A model generated the notes under the pieces. That model was given only the letters and a program-made list of their open reading frames with translations, was not told where the DNA came from and did no database searches. Source: a virus. Taken from it: a stretch of DNA of 49,554 nucleotides. Shown one piece after another: positions 41,020 through 49,174 of this stretch (position 1 is its first letter; each line of letters starts with the position of its first letter). The translations under genes and the position numbers were made by a program. The stretch is taken from the IMG/VR virus record IMGVR_UViG_2643221500_000001, positions 1-49,554 of that record; one strand, written 5' to 3'.

Positions 41020-42981
41020 ATGACTTCAATCAACGTCAATCGTCTGGACGGACTGAGCAGCGCCACGGCTTGGAAAGGGCCTGTTCGGGTTGCGACGACG
41101 ACCAATATTCAGCTGTCCGACCTCCAGATCATTGATGGGGTAGCGCTTAATGATGGAGACCGCGTTCTTGTAAAGGATCAGACCGACGCCCGATATAATG
41201 GCATCTGGGTTGCGGATACTGGCTTGTGGCGCCGTGCACGAGACTTCGCATCGAACCGCGATGTGCGTGAAGGTACGCAGGTATTCGTTGTTGAAGGCGT
41301 AACATACAACCGCAGCGGCTGGTATGTCTCCAGTGACGATCCTATCCAGTTCGGTACGACAGACATTCATTTCACCCAGAACATGCTCATCAACTCAGGG
41401 CAACTGGAAGAACTGGTTGAACAGGCTCAGGAAGCCGCAGATGAGGCAGAGCAAGCTCGTATTGCGGCGGAACTCGCTGCTGCTGCTGCTGAAGCGGCGG
41501 CGGCAATGGCCAACGGGATCACGCCCGTTCCCACTAGATCGGTCCTCAAGCTTCTAAACTACACAGAGAAAAAAGCCGCGCTCATATACGATGAGGGGGG
41601 GCGAAATGGCCTTTTCGCCTTTGTGCCCGGTGATTTATCGTCGCGGGTCGCTGCTGATGTACAAGAAGGTATATATGTGGCGCCAGCGAATGCACCGTCT
41701 GGCATTGATGGAGCGTGGGAGCGAATTGTCGAAGCTTCTTACGATCCCTGCTGGTTCGGTGCTGTTTTGGGCAATACAAACGATTATGCAACTATAAACA
41801 GAGTGGCGTTTCAGGCTTGCATCGATTTTGCTAACTTTACCCGATCTGCTCCCGTTATCCTGCCTGCAGGCACAATTGTTGTTTCATCCACAATTAACAT
41901 TCCCAAGTCGTACAATGTAATCATTGATGGGTACGGGATACTGAGCCGCATTCGTGGAGGGAACGGTTTCACCGGGAATGTCTTCAACTACGGCGATAAT
42001 ACCGTAGGCGGTGGCATTGCGTCGCGTATCAGGAATATTACTATTCTCGGGCCACTATCAGGAACCAGCACAGGCATTGGTGCAACAGATGCTAACGCCA
42101 CCTCTTTCGAGGGGCTTCGCTTTGAAGACCAACAAACAGCAATTTCTCTGACAAACTGCTTCGCTGTCCTAGTAAAGGGTTGCCATTTCACTCGAACTGC
42201 CTTGCATAACATCTATAGCGCAACTAGTGCACATAATCTTCTTCTCAAAGATAATCGCATGTACGGATGCCAGAACGCCGTTGTACGTATCGATGCTCAG
42301 ACATCAAACATCGTTTTTGAAGGAAACGATATCGAAAACTGCGGTTCAATTTTCCTTACACCCTCTGGTGTCGATATAGTGGCTTTCCGGTTTGTAGGAA
42401 ACTACACAGAGGGCAATGTCAATCAAGAATTCACATTCCAAGGAATGTGTTATGGGTTCACGTGTGAAGATAACGTGATAGGTCTGCGAGGCGCTACGCC
42501 GGGGTCGCCTACAGGGTCGGGAGAGGTCAGCACATATAATAATATTCGTGGCGGCAGTTTTAAAAATAACGACCAGTACGAACAAAAGGTGGCTTGGGGC
42601 ACAAATGTTTCCGGAGTCACCGTAACGCGTGGCCGATTGATAGGGAACTCGTCACTTTCTCAGCCACCATTAAAAGTACCAAGCTTGTCAAATACATGGA
42701 CAGCGACAGATACAACAACATTCCCGGTTGGATATATTCGAGATGGCGGGGGAAAGGTTAGTATTCGGGGGCGTCTAACCTCCGGTGCATCCTCATCAGG
42801 CAACGTCGCCTTTACGTTACCTGATGGCTATAGACCGTCTCAGAGGCTTCTCTTTACTATTCATTCCTCGGCGGGAGGTACGCAATGCACCATTGATACA
42901 AATGGCAATGTTCTTCCCATCGCTGCATCCAGCGTCAATGTATGGCTAGATGGAATATCGTTCAATGCTGTGGATGCATAG
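41020..42981 (+). CDS. tail fibre / tailspike with right-handed beta-helix (pectate-lyase-like) domain
   Basis: 653 aa. A GC-rich N-terminal anchor domain, an Ala-rich linker (AAELAAAAAEAAAAMA), then repetitive beta-helix-like segments (..NIYSATSAHNLLLKDNRMYGCQNAVVRIDAQTSNIVFEGNDIENCG..). Confidence 0.85.
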   Translation: MTSINVNRLDGLSSATAWKGPVRVATTTNIQLSDLQIIDGVALNDGDRVLVKDQTDARYNGIWVADTGLWRRARDFASNRDVREGTQVFVVEGVTYNRSGWYVSSDDPIQFGTTDIHFTQNMLINSGQLEELVEQAQEAADEAEQARIAAELAAAAAEAAAAMANGITPVPTRSVLKLLNYTEKKAALIYDEGGRNGLFAFVPGDLSSRVAADVQEGIYVAPANAPSGIDGAWERIVEASYDPCWFGAVLGNTNDYATINRVAFQACIDFANFTRSAPVILPAGTIVVSSTINIPKSYNVIIDGYGILSRIRGGNGFTGNVFNYGDNTVGGGIASRIRNITILGPLSGTSTGIGATDANATSFEGLRFEDQQTAISLTNCFAVLVKGCHFTRTALHNIYSATSAHNLLLKDNRMYGCQNAVVRIDAQTSNIVFEGNDIENCGSIFLTPSGVDIVAFRFVGNYTEGNVNQEFTFQGMCYGFTCEDNVIGLRGATPGSPTGSGEVSTYNNIRGGSFKNNDQYEQKVAWGTNVSGVTVTRGRLIGNSSLSQPPLKVPSLSNTWTATDTTTFPVGYIRDGGGKVSIRGRLTSGASSSGNVAFTLPDGYRPSQRLLFTIHSSAGGTQCTIDTNGNVLPIAASSVNVWLDGISFNAVDA

Positions 42982-44053
42982 CGGACTTGCCACTAAGTCG
43001 GCGGCGCGATCCTGGATTGAAAAATGACTTGAACTTTCCGTGCGTCCACCAATCTAGCCATCCAAACGCCATAGCTGGCGGCAAAGAAATTACAGCAATG
43101 ATTGCCATTGTTAAGTAATATGGAAGCCCGTTTAAGCCAAGAACACCGAGATAGTGTCCGGCAAGGAGCATAGAGCTTATGTGGATGAGATAAATCCCGT
43201 AGGAGAGATCTCCAAACCAAGAAAGTGTCCTGCCTAGCAACCCAGATGTATTCCAGTAGATGGCAGACCAAACGACAAGGCCACATCCAACAGCTTTGAT
43301 CAGTCTTGGAAACAGTCCATCCTCAGTGAACATATGGGGCAGGGCTATCCAAGCTGTATGCGTAAGATTACCAATCTGAGGTATCCAATACAGAAATGCA
43401 CCTAGAAGACCGACGACTACTATAGAAAGCCATCCCTTCAATCGAGGCATCCAGCCTACTGCTATACCAGTAAGGAAGTTGATGCTCATCAAGCTAAAAG
43501 TCAGGCTGTACCATGTCGGGAAAGCGACATCGGTCCAGACATAGGGCCTTGCTGCAAGAGCATATGATCCCAAAAGGGCTAGTACGATAATGGTGACCGG
43601 CTTCCTGCTAACCAGCAATGAGCCGAATACCAGTAGGTAGAAACCTACTTCATAGATGAGCGTCCAGTAAGGTACGTCTGTAAACGCTTGCTTTCCCGTA
43701 GGCATCAAAAAGAAAGGCGCAGCCTCAAGTACAAACACGCCCTTCATGAGCCAAACAGAAAAAGCAGCTAGTATTAGGGCGAGCCAGAGAGAAGGATAAA
43801 TCCGTCTGGATCGGTCTATCAGGAAATTGGTTGGAGAAGACAGAGATACTTTGTGAACCATAAGGTATCCAGACAAAGCAAAGAATACCGCAACGCCAGC
43901 CCCTCCAAGCTCCATTTGTTGAATAATACTGGAGCCACCGGTAAGAATATTTGTAGGCCATGGCAAGTGATGGACAAAAACAAGAAGCGCCGCAATACCG
44001 CGCAGCGCCTGAAGCCCCTGATTTCTTTTCTTCCCTGAATGACTTATGGCCAT
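42962..44053 (-). CDS. acyltransferase-3 family membrane protein (O-antigen/polysaccharide O-acetylase type)
   Basis: 363 aa. N-terminal LQALRGIAALLVFVHH motif and ~10 hydrophobic segments. Convergent with the tailspike gene, with a 20-nt overlap. Confidence 0.85.
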   Translation of the reverse strand: MAISHSGKKRNQGLQALRGIAALLVFVHHLPWPTNILTGGSSIIQQMELGGAGVAVFFALSGYLMVHKVSLSSPTNFLIDRSRRIYPSLWLALILAAFSVWLMKGVFVLEAAPFFLMPTGKQAFTDVPYWTLIYEVGFYLLVFGSLLVSRKPVTIIVLALLGSYALAARPYVWTDVAFPTWYSLTFSLMSINFLTGIAVGWMPRLKGWLSIVVVGLLGAFLYWIPQIGNLTHTAWIALPHMFTEDGLFPRLIKAVGCGLVVWSAIYWNTSGLLGRTLSWFGDLSYGIYLIHISSMLLAGHYLGVLGLNGLPYYLTMAIIAVISLPPAMAFGWLDWWTHGKFKSFFNPGSRRRLSGKSAMHPQH

Positions 44054-44129
44054 GATCCCACCCTTTAAGGCCTAATACTACAGCATAGACTCGCAATCAA
44101 ACCATAATGCGTTTTATGGCACATCATTG

Positions 44130-44237
44130 TTATTGATCGAAATCACGTAAGATGTGGCGAGACTTTAACAGGCCAATCAACCCGAACGATACGACGCCGA
44201 CGGCAATTGCCGATACACAAACATTCACCCAAAACAT
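44130..44237 (-). CDS. 35-aa hydrophobic peptide with charged tail (type I toxin-like; speculative)
   Basis: Own translation: MFWVNVCVSAIAVGVVSFGLIGLLKSRHILRDFDQ. AGGGG lies 6 nt upstream. Confidence 0.35.
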   Translation of the reverse strand: MFWVNVCVSAIAVGVVSFGLIGLLKSRHILRDFDQ

Positions 44238-44290
44238 GATTTGCCCCTGCGATTGATGCAGGCAAGTTAAACCGAGCGAGTGCAATATGA

Positions 44291-44314
44291 CAAGCCGCCC
44301 ACTGAGGCGGCTTT
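44291..44314 (+). terminator. plus-strand-oriented hairpin plus T-tract with no plus-strand gene upstream
   Basis: AAGCCGCC cactga GGCGGCTT followed by TTCTTT. It lies opposite the 5' leader of the 35-aa ORF. Confidence 0.5.
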
Positions 44315-44384
44315 TCTTTGCCGAAAGGAAAGAGAACGGTATGGCTTTATCCACCGCGCATGAAGCCATATCGAAACTTGAAAA

Positions 44385-44410
44385 GAAAAACCCCGGACTA
44401 ACCGGGGTTT
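44385..44410. terminator. bidirectional intrinsic terminator after the TA operon
   Basis: AAAAAA CCCCGG actaa CCGGGG TTT. Confidence 0.75.
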
Positions 44411-44415
44411 CTGAA

Positions 44416-44760
44416 TTATCGGCAAGCTGCCATTTTTTCATCAGGTGGCGAAGACTCTGCCATGTCTCTGCGCAGGTCTTCAAGCATCTGACGCATTACG
44501 TCTGGATGCCGCTCGATCATCAATAAGTAGGCTCGGTTGCTGTCGAGAGGACGAGAACGGTTCTGTTCCCAATCACGAATCTGGTGAACGCTAAAACAGA
44601 ATTCAAGCGCGAAGGCGTCCTGAGAAAGGCCGAGACCTGTTCTAATACCTTTTACGTCAACATCAGCCGGTATGTGTATGTGGGCGGGCTTGAGCTCTCC
44701 GCGAGCAATAGCGCTTACTTCGCGGGCGGCATCAAGCAAACGGTTTCCAGCTTTGCTCAT
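44416..44760 (-). CDS. XRE-type HTH antitoxin (partner of the RelE/HigB-like toxin)
   Basis: ATG 44760 (MSKAGNRLLDAAREV..). DVKGIRTGLGLSQDAFALEF..HQIRDWEQNRSRP HTH. ATGA overlap with the toxin stop. Confidence 0.75.
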   Translation of the reverse strand: MSKAGNRLLDAAREVSAIARGELKPAHIHIPADVDVKGIRTGLGLSQDAFALEFCFSVHQIRDWEQNRSRPLDSNRAYLLMIERHPDVMRQMLEDLRRDMAESSPPDEKMAACR

Positions 44761-45131
44761 GATGCAGTCCTCATCTCCTTGACTTTCTCTCTTACTGATG
44801 CGCGCCAATCGTCAGCTACGCTAGAGAGTATCTTCTTTAATTCTGCCTTCTCTGCGGCGGACAGATTTATTTTTTCGCCTTTAGAATACACGTCCATTAT
44901 AAACACGGGGACGTCATCGGCTGCATAATAGGTGATTACTCTATAACCGCCGCTTTTCCCTTTCCCGGGTTTCGCGAAGCGCAATTTTCGCGCGCCTCCT
45001 GTTCCTTGGATCAAATCGCCAGCCGTTGGGTTTTCTGAAAGCAAATTGTTCAGCCGAAGTCTTTCGTCTTCGGTCATCCCCGCTTCATCAGCGGCCCTAC
45101 GGTAAGAGTGCGTTTCGATCACTGTGTGCAT
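44757..45131 (-). CDS. RelE/HigB-family type II toxin
   Basis: GGARKLRFAKPGKGKSGGYRVITYY..DVPVFIMDVYSKGEKINL is the pattern of the RelE-like (COG4737-type) toxins. The toxin-first order is as in higBA. Confidence 0.8.
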   Translation of the reverse strand: MHTVIETHSYRRAADEAGMTEDERLRLNNLLSENPTAGDLIQGTGGARKLRFAKPGKGKSGGYRVITYYAADDVPVFIMDVYSKGEKINLSAAEKAELKKILSSVADDWRASVREKVKEMRTAS

Positions 45132-45213
45132 GACTAACGACTACGGGATATACGTAGTTCCGTCAACAAACATTTAATTCACTCAGAATTTTTTTCAACC
45201 TGGGATCAATCTC

Positions 45214-45435
45214 ATGAAACTCGTTTCCGACTGGAAGCGGGTGCTCGCGCGCGCGTGGAGCATCCGTTTGCTTTTGCTCGCCGGTATTCTTTCCGGCGTT
45301 GAAGTGGCGCTCCCTTATATCGGTGACGCCTATCTCATCCCAACCGGTGTATTCGCAGCGCTATCCGTTCTTGTGACGATGGCGGCATTTGCCATGCGCC
45401 TAATCTCCCAGAAGGAATTTCGCGATGGCGAGTAG
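45214..45435 (+). CDS. holin (two TM segments)
   Basis: 73 aa with TM segments IRLLLLAGILSGVEVALPYI and GVFAALSVLVTMAAFAMRLI and a charged C-terminus. It overlaps the endolysin start. Confidence 0.65.
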   Translation: MKLVSDWKRVLARAWSIRLLLLAGILSGVEVALPYIGDAYLIPTGVFAALSVLVTMAAFAMRLISQKEFRDGE

Positions 45436-45895
45436 ACTGAAGAAGTCCGGGGCTGTGATGGCTGCGGCAGTGGCACTTGTTAGTGCGTGGGAAGGCGTGA
45501 AGCTTGCGGCCTATCCAGATCGCTTTGCAGATGGTTTGCCAACGGTTTGTTTCGGGGAAACGCGAGGCGTAAAGCTTGGCGACCGTTACACTCTCGAGCA
45601 GTGCAAGAAGATGCTCGGCAATGCTCTGGTGGAATTTGAGACGGGCATGCGCAAATGCCTGACCAGCCCGGACAAGGTTCCTGACAAGCCATATGTGGCC
45701 TTTCTTTCGCTGAGTTATAACATTGGCACCGGAGCGTTCTGCCGCTCGTCAGTGGCCAGATATGCGAACGCTGGCGATTATCGCAAGGCTTGCGATGCAA
45801 TCAGCCTCTACAACAAGGCAGGCGGGCGCGTGGTCAAGGGACTAGTCAACCGTCGCGCTGATGAACGCAAGATTTGCCTTGAAGGTCTGAAGTGA
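45425..45895 (+). CDS. GH24 phage lysozyme with SAR-like N-terminal segment
   Basis: GAVMAAAVALVSAWEGVKLAAYPD....PTVCFGET is the E-D-T lysozyme pattern, preceded by a weakly hydrophobic Ala/Gly-rich segment. Confidence 0.9.
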   Translation: MASRLKKSGAVMAAAVALVSAWEGVKLAAYPDRFADGLPTVCFGETRGVKLGDRYTLEQCKKMLGNALVEFETGMRKCLTSPDKVPDKPYVAFLSLSYNIGTGAFCRSSVARYANAGDYRKACDAISLYNKAGGRVVKGLVNRRADERKICLEGLK

Positions 45896-46254
45896 TGTTC
45901 GGCCTGCTCGACTACATCAAGATCGGGGCAGGGGTAGCTTTTGGCATAATGTTGATGCTCGGCTTCAATCTACTCATCCACGATCCATCTATCCGACGCG
46001 AGGCACGGCAAGGCTATGTCCTCGAAGCGCAGAAGATCGCCCTTGAGGCGAAACTGGCGGAGCGTGACCGCCAGATCAAGGCGGGGCAGCTCGTCATTGA
46101 GTCCTACCAGGAACAACTCCGCAATGCTCGCAGGGCTGAGCAGGAGCGCATTGAACAGACCGAACAGGAGATTGCGGACTATGAAAAGAAACTGGCTGCG
46201 GCGGGCCGGTCTTGCCGTTTTAGTATCGATGACATTGAGTGGCTGCGCAAATGA
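45895..46254 (+). CDS. i-spanin (Rz-like)
   Basis: N-terminal TM (IGAGVAFGIMLMLGFNLLI) plus a coiled coil. The GTG at 45892 is an alternative start. It follows the endolysin gene. Confidence 0.7.
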   Translation: MFGLLDYIKIGAGVAFGIMLMLGFNLLIHDPSIRREARQGYVLEAQKIALEAKLAERDRQIKAGQLVIESYQEQLRNARRAEQERIEQTEQEIADYEKKLAAAGRSCRFSIDDIEWLRK

Positions 46255-46477
46255 TGCGTTGCGCAAGGCGGCGACAGAACAAGGGAAAGCGCAGGCGGGC
46301 TTAACGCTGCCTCCTTATCCCGAAGACTGCCGCAAGAAAGAAGCGCACGCTCCATTGGTTGAAGGTGGCGAGGTCCGCTCAACATTGAAGCGCGAACGCG
46401 AAGCCCTGAAGCGGCAGAATAGTCGCACTGATCGGTGTGCCAAGTTTTATGACGGCGCTGCGGAGGGGCTTAAATGA
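46181..46477 (+). CDS. o-spanin (Rz1-like lipoprotein), overlapped architecture
   Basis: MKRNWLRRAGLAVLVSMTLSGC with lipobox LSGC. It starts inside the i-spanin gene in the +1 frame and extends 223 nt beyond it. Confidence 0.7.
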   Translation: MKRNWLRRAGLAVLVSMTLSGCANDALRKAATEQGKAQAGLTLPPYPEDCRKKEAHAPLVEGGEVRSTLKREREALKRQNSRTDRCAKFYDGAAEGLK

Positions 46478-46698
46478 CCACTCCGGTGCAAGACACTCGC
46501 GACCGCGTTATCCGCCTTGAGGAACGCCTGAAGTCGTTTGAAGAAAAATTCGATGAGCAGTCGAATAAGATCGATGAGATGTATGAACTGCTCACGAAGG
46601 CGAAGGGTGCCAAGCTCGCCCTTATCATGATCGCCGCACTGGCAGGCGCAATCACTACAAAAGTTATCCCCTTCATAAGCCAGTTCTGGCCGAAATAA
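46474..46698 (+). CDS. hypothetical coiled-coil protein with C-terminal TM anchor
   Basis: 74 aa. ATGA overlap with the o-spanin stop. GGAGGGG SD. Confidence 0.55.
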   Translation: MTTPVQDTRDRVIRLEERLKSFEEKFDEQSNKIDEMYELLTKAKGAKLALIMIAALAGAITTKVIPFISQFWPK

Positions 46699-46748
46699 TC
46701 CTCCCCACTCCCACATAGGAGGGCCGCACATGCGGTTCTGCAAAATAT

Positions 46749-47462
46749 TCAGATATGCGTCCAAGATTTTCTATAAATGACGCTGTAGATTGCTGATCGC
46801 GACACTTGAAAACGGTCGGCAAGAAACTGTTGCGTCACGCCTCGCTTACCATACGTGGCACGTATCTCAGCGACCGCCTCCGCCGTTAGTTTTGCGCCGT
46901 TCTGATCCTCACCACAAACATATGTTCCGTGAATTTTCCGGTCGGCTTGGTTCTCTTGAACGGTTTTCCATTCGATGTGTTGAGGATTTACACATCCCAG
47001 ATGGCCATTGCCGCAAGAATGCGCGGCCACCAATTGTTCGTGCGGCGGCTCGCCATGAACAATCTGGCAAACATACCGGCTCACGGTTTGTCGTTTTGCT
47101 CCGATTACGCAGGATCCATAGCCATTGCGATCTTTATTGAAGGGCCAGATAAGGCAATCATCCCTACTGTAGGGCAATACCACGTCATTCAAATAGTTCA
47201 CAGCATCACCGTTGAACTGCCTGCCGCCTAATGGGTCACCATGATCCTTCAATCTAACCCAGTGTTTACCGCACAAATTGCGAGCTTTTGCTTTATTGCG
47301 GCAACCATCAATCGAACAAATCTCATCCAGTTTGTTACGAAAGATACCACCCGCTAAGGGGTCTCCGAGCCGATACCATCTACCGTAGTGCATTTCACAC
47401 CATCCGCGCTTCGATGATGTCTTGTTGCACCCGTCTATCGAGCATATACGTTGATCAGCCAA
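46749..47462 (-). CDS. HNH_3-type endonuclease with triplicated Cys-rich motif and C-terminal HTH
   Basis: CSIDGC..K.GWCEMHYGRWYRLGDPL repeats, then DDCLIWPF..NGYG, then AAHSCGNGHLGCVNPQHIEWKT..EN. The TTG at 47462 has AGGAGG 5 nt upstream. The ATG at 47540 has no SD. Confidence 0.85.
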   Translation of the reverse strand: MADQRICSIDGCNKTSSKRGWCEMHYGRWYRLGDPLAGGIFRNKLDEICSIDGCRNKAKARNLCGKHWVRLKDHGDPLGGRQFNGDAVNYLNDVVLPYSRDDCLIWPFNKDRNGYGSCVIGAKRQTVSRYVCQIVHGEPPHEQLVAAHSCGNGHLGCVNPQHIEWKTVQENQADRKIHGTYVCGEDQNGAKLTAEAVAEIRATYGKRGVTQQFLADRFQVSRSAIYSVIYRKSWTHI

Positions 47463-47605
47463 TTTGACCTCCTGTAAGGTTGACTTGGTTAGAACACGCC
47501 GTGGGATTGCCGTCCCCGGCGTGTTCGCTTTTTGTACCATCGTATTTGCTTGTGGGCAACTTTCTCTCCAGCATCACAGATGCTTGTCACCTCACTCAGA
47601 GGGGT

Positions 47606-48847
47606 ATGATGACACTCCCACACGAAACTCTTCAAGAGGCCGTTGATCTTGTACGAGAACACGGCACGATTATCGCAGCTTCCCGCGCATCGGGAATAAA
47701 GCGCTCCACTCTTCAGGATCGGGTATTCAAGGCAAAGGCAGCGGGGCTATTCTCCCCGGTTCAGCCCATCCCCGGTTTTGATATCTCCCGCTATTCCTCA
47801 ACTGTTCGCAACGGGCAGGTGGTCAGTGAAAGCATCCAGCAAAAGCCATCAGAGGCTATGGGCCGTTTTAATGTGCCTGATGGACATTACGTTAAAGGTG
47901 TGTCTGCTCTGGTGGATGCTGACGGCAACGTCAAACAGCAATGGCTCAAAACGGCGGAAGGGCAACTCGATCCGCTGACACTCGCGGAAACGATCAAAGC
48001 CGCATTCGAAGACTGGTCTCCTCCATCCTTCGACGTTCCTATGCCGACAGGAACAGATGCGGATTTACTGACCATCTATCCGATAGCGGACGCGCATTTA
48101 GGTCTACGCGCTGTAGCAGATGAAAGCGGCGCTGACTATGACCTAGCAATCGCAGCACAGCGCTTCCGGGAAACATCTGCCAGATTGTTCGACAGATCTC
48201 CGAATAGTGGCACCGGTCTGATACTCCAGCTTGGCGACTGGACGCATGTCGATGACGATCTGGCGCTAACGCCTACAAGCAAGAACCCGCTTCAAGTTTC
48301 GGACCGCCTACTCGATATCGTGAAGTGCGGCGTCGATATCATGAAGGACTATATCTATCATGCGCTCACAAAGCATGATCGGGTGATCGTCAAGTGCCTG
48401 AAAGGAAACCATGATCTCAATGCATGGATTTCCCTGTACGTAGGTATATCAGAGCATTTCCGGGATAACGAGCGCGTCATCGTTGATCGCGGTGCCGCCG
48501 ATTATTGGTTCTTCCGTTGGGGATCAACGCTCATCGGAGCGCACCACGGGCACCGCCTGAAGCCCGACGAAATGGCCGGGGCTATGGCTATGGAGTGCAG
48601 GCAGGATTGGGGCGAAACGGATTACCGCATATTTCTGCATGGCCACCTTCATCACCTCATCGTCAAGGAAGTGCTTGGCGTCCGTGTCGAATGCTTCCGA
48701 ACACTGGCCGAAGCAGATCAGCATCATTCCGGTAAATACGGCTCCGGCAAGTCCCTGACGTCCATCACAATTCATAAGACAGATGGCGAGGATGGAAGGT
48801 CACTTATCAACCTTCCTCCTGTCAAAAAGAGGGCATTCCAAGTCTGA
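47606..48847 (+). CDS. HTH domain fused to calcineurin-like metallophosphoesterase
   Basis: Ordered motifs IADAHLG, GDWTHVDD, GNHD, HHGH and HGHLHH. N-terminal AASRASGIKRSTLQDRV looks HTH-like. Confidence 0.75.
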   Translation: MMTLPHETLQEAVDLVREHGTIIAASRASGIKRSTLQDRVFKAKAAGLFSPVQPIPGFDISRYSSTVRNGQVVSESIQQKPSEAMGRFNVPDGHYVKGVSALVDADGNVKQQWLKTAEGQLDPLTLAETIKAAFEDWSPPSFDVPMPTGTDADLLTIYPIADAHLGLRAVADESGADYDLAIAAQRFRETSARLFDRSPNSGTGLILQLGDWTHVDDDLALTPTSKNPLQVSDRLLDIVKCGVDIMKDYIYHALTKHDRVIVKCLKGNHDLNAWISLYVGISEHFRDNERVIVDRGAADYWFFRWGSTLIGAHHGHRLKPDEMAGAMAMECRQDWGETDYRIFLHGHLHHLIVKEVLGVRVECFRTLAEADQHHSGKYGSGKSLTSITIHKTDGEDGRSLINLPPVKKRAFQV

Positions 48848-48905
48848 TGATGAAGTCTTGTCCATATTTGGACATTCGCAACCCCAATTCAGCTGATGCA
48901 AAGAG

Positions 48906-49073
48906 ATGACACCCAATGAGTTTGCCGAATACCTTCTTTCCAAAAACAACGGGGACGCGCTTCAGGCGCTCCACGAAGCCTGCGAAAACATCGCATGGCT
49001 CAACCGATACTGTGTCTCATCGGGATATATCCGCCGCAATCCGCGACCTTCAGCCGATCAGGCGCGGGGATGA
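48906..49073 (+). CDS. 55-aa ORF; coding signal appears to continue in the +1 frame to 49215
   Basis: Own translation: MTPNEFAEYLLSKNNGDALQALHEACENIAWLNRYCVSSGYIRRNPRPSADQARG. AAAGAG lies upstream. Confidence 0.3.
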   Translation: MTPNEFAEYLLSKNNGDALQALHEACENIAWLNRYCVSSGYIRRNPRPSADQARG

Positions 49074-49174
49074 GATATTCATCACGATAAATGGGCGTGA
49101 GGTAATGCTTTCACCAATGCAGGCTAATCTCATGCTGCAGGCTTGGGCATCCGTTGTAGGCGGCGCTTATGTCG

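Noticed and set aside
40890-41105. 71-aa minus-strand ORF across the tailspike start
   Set aside because: It spans two plus-strand terminators and the tailspike SD and start. It has no SD of its own.
41020-44100. Diversity-generating retroelement, expected because the virion module resembles BPP-1-type podoviruses
   Set aside because: There is no reverse transcriptase ORF anywhere in the window. No second (template) copy of the tailspike 3' end was noticed. The gene downstream is an acyltransferase on the other strand.
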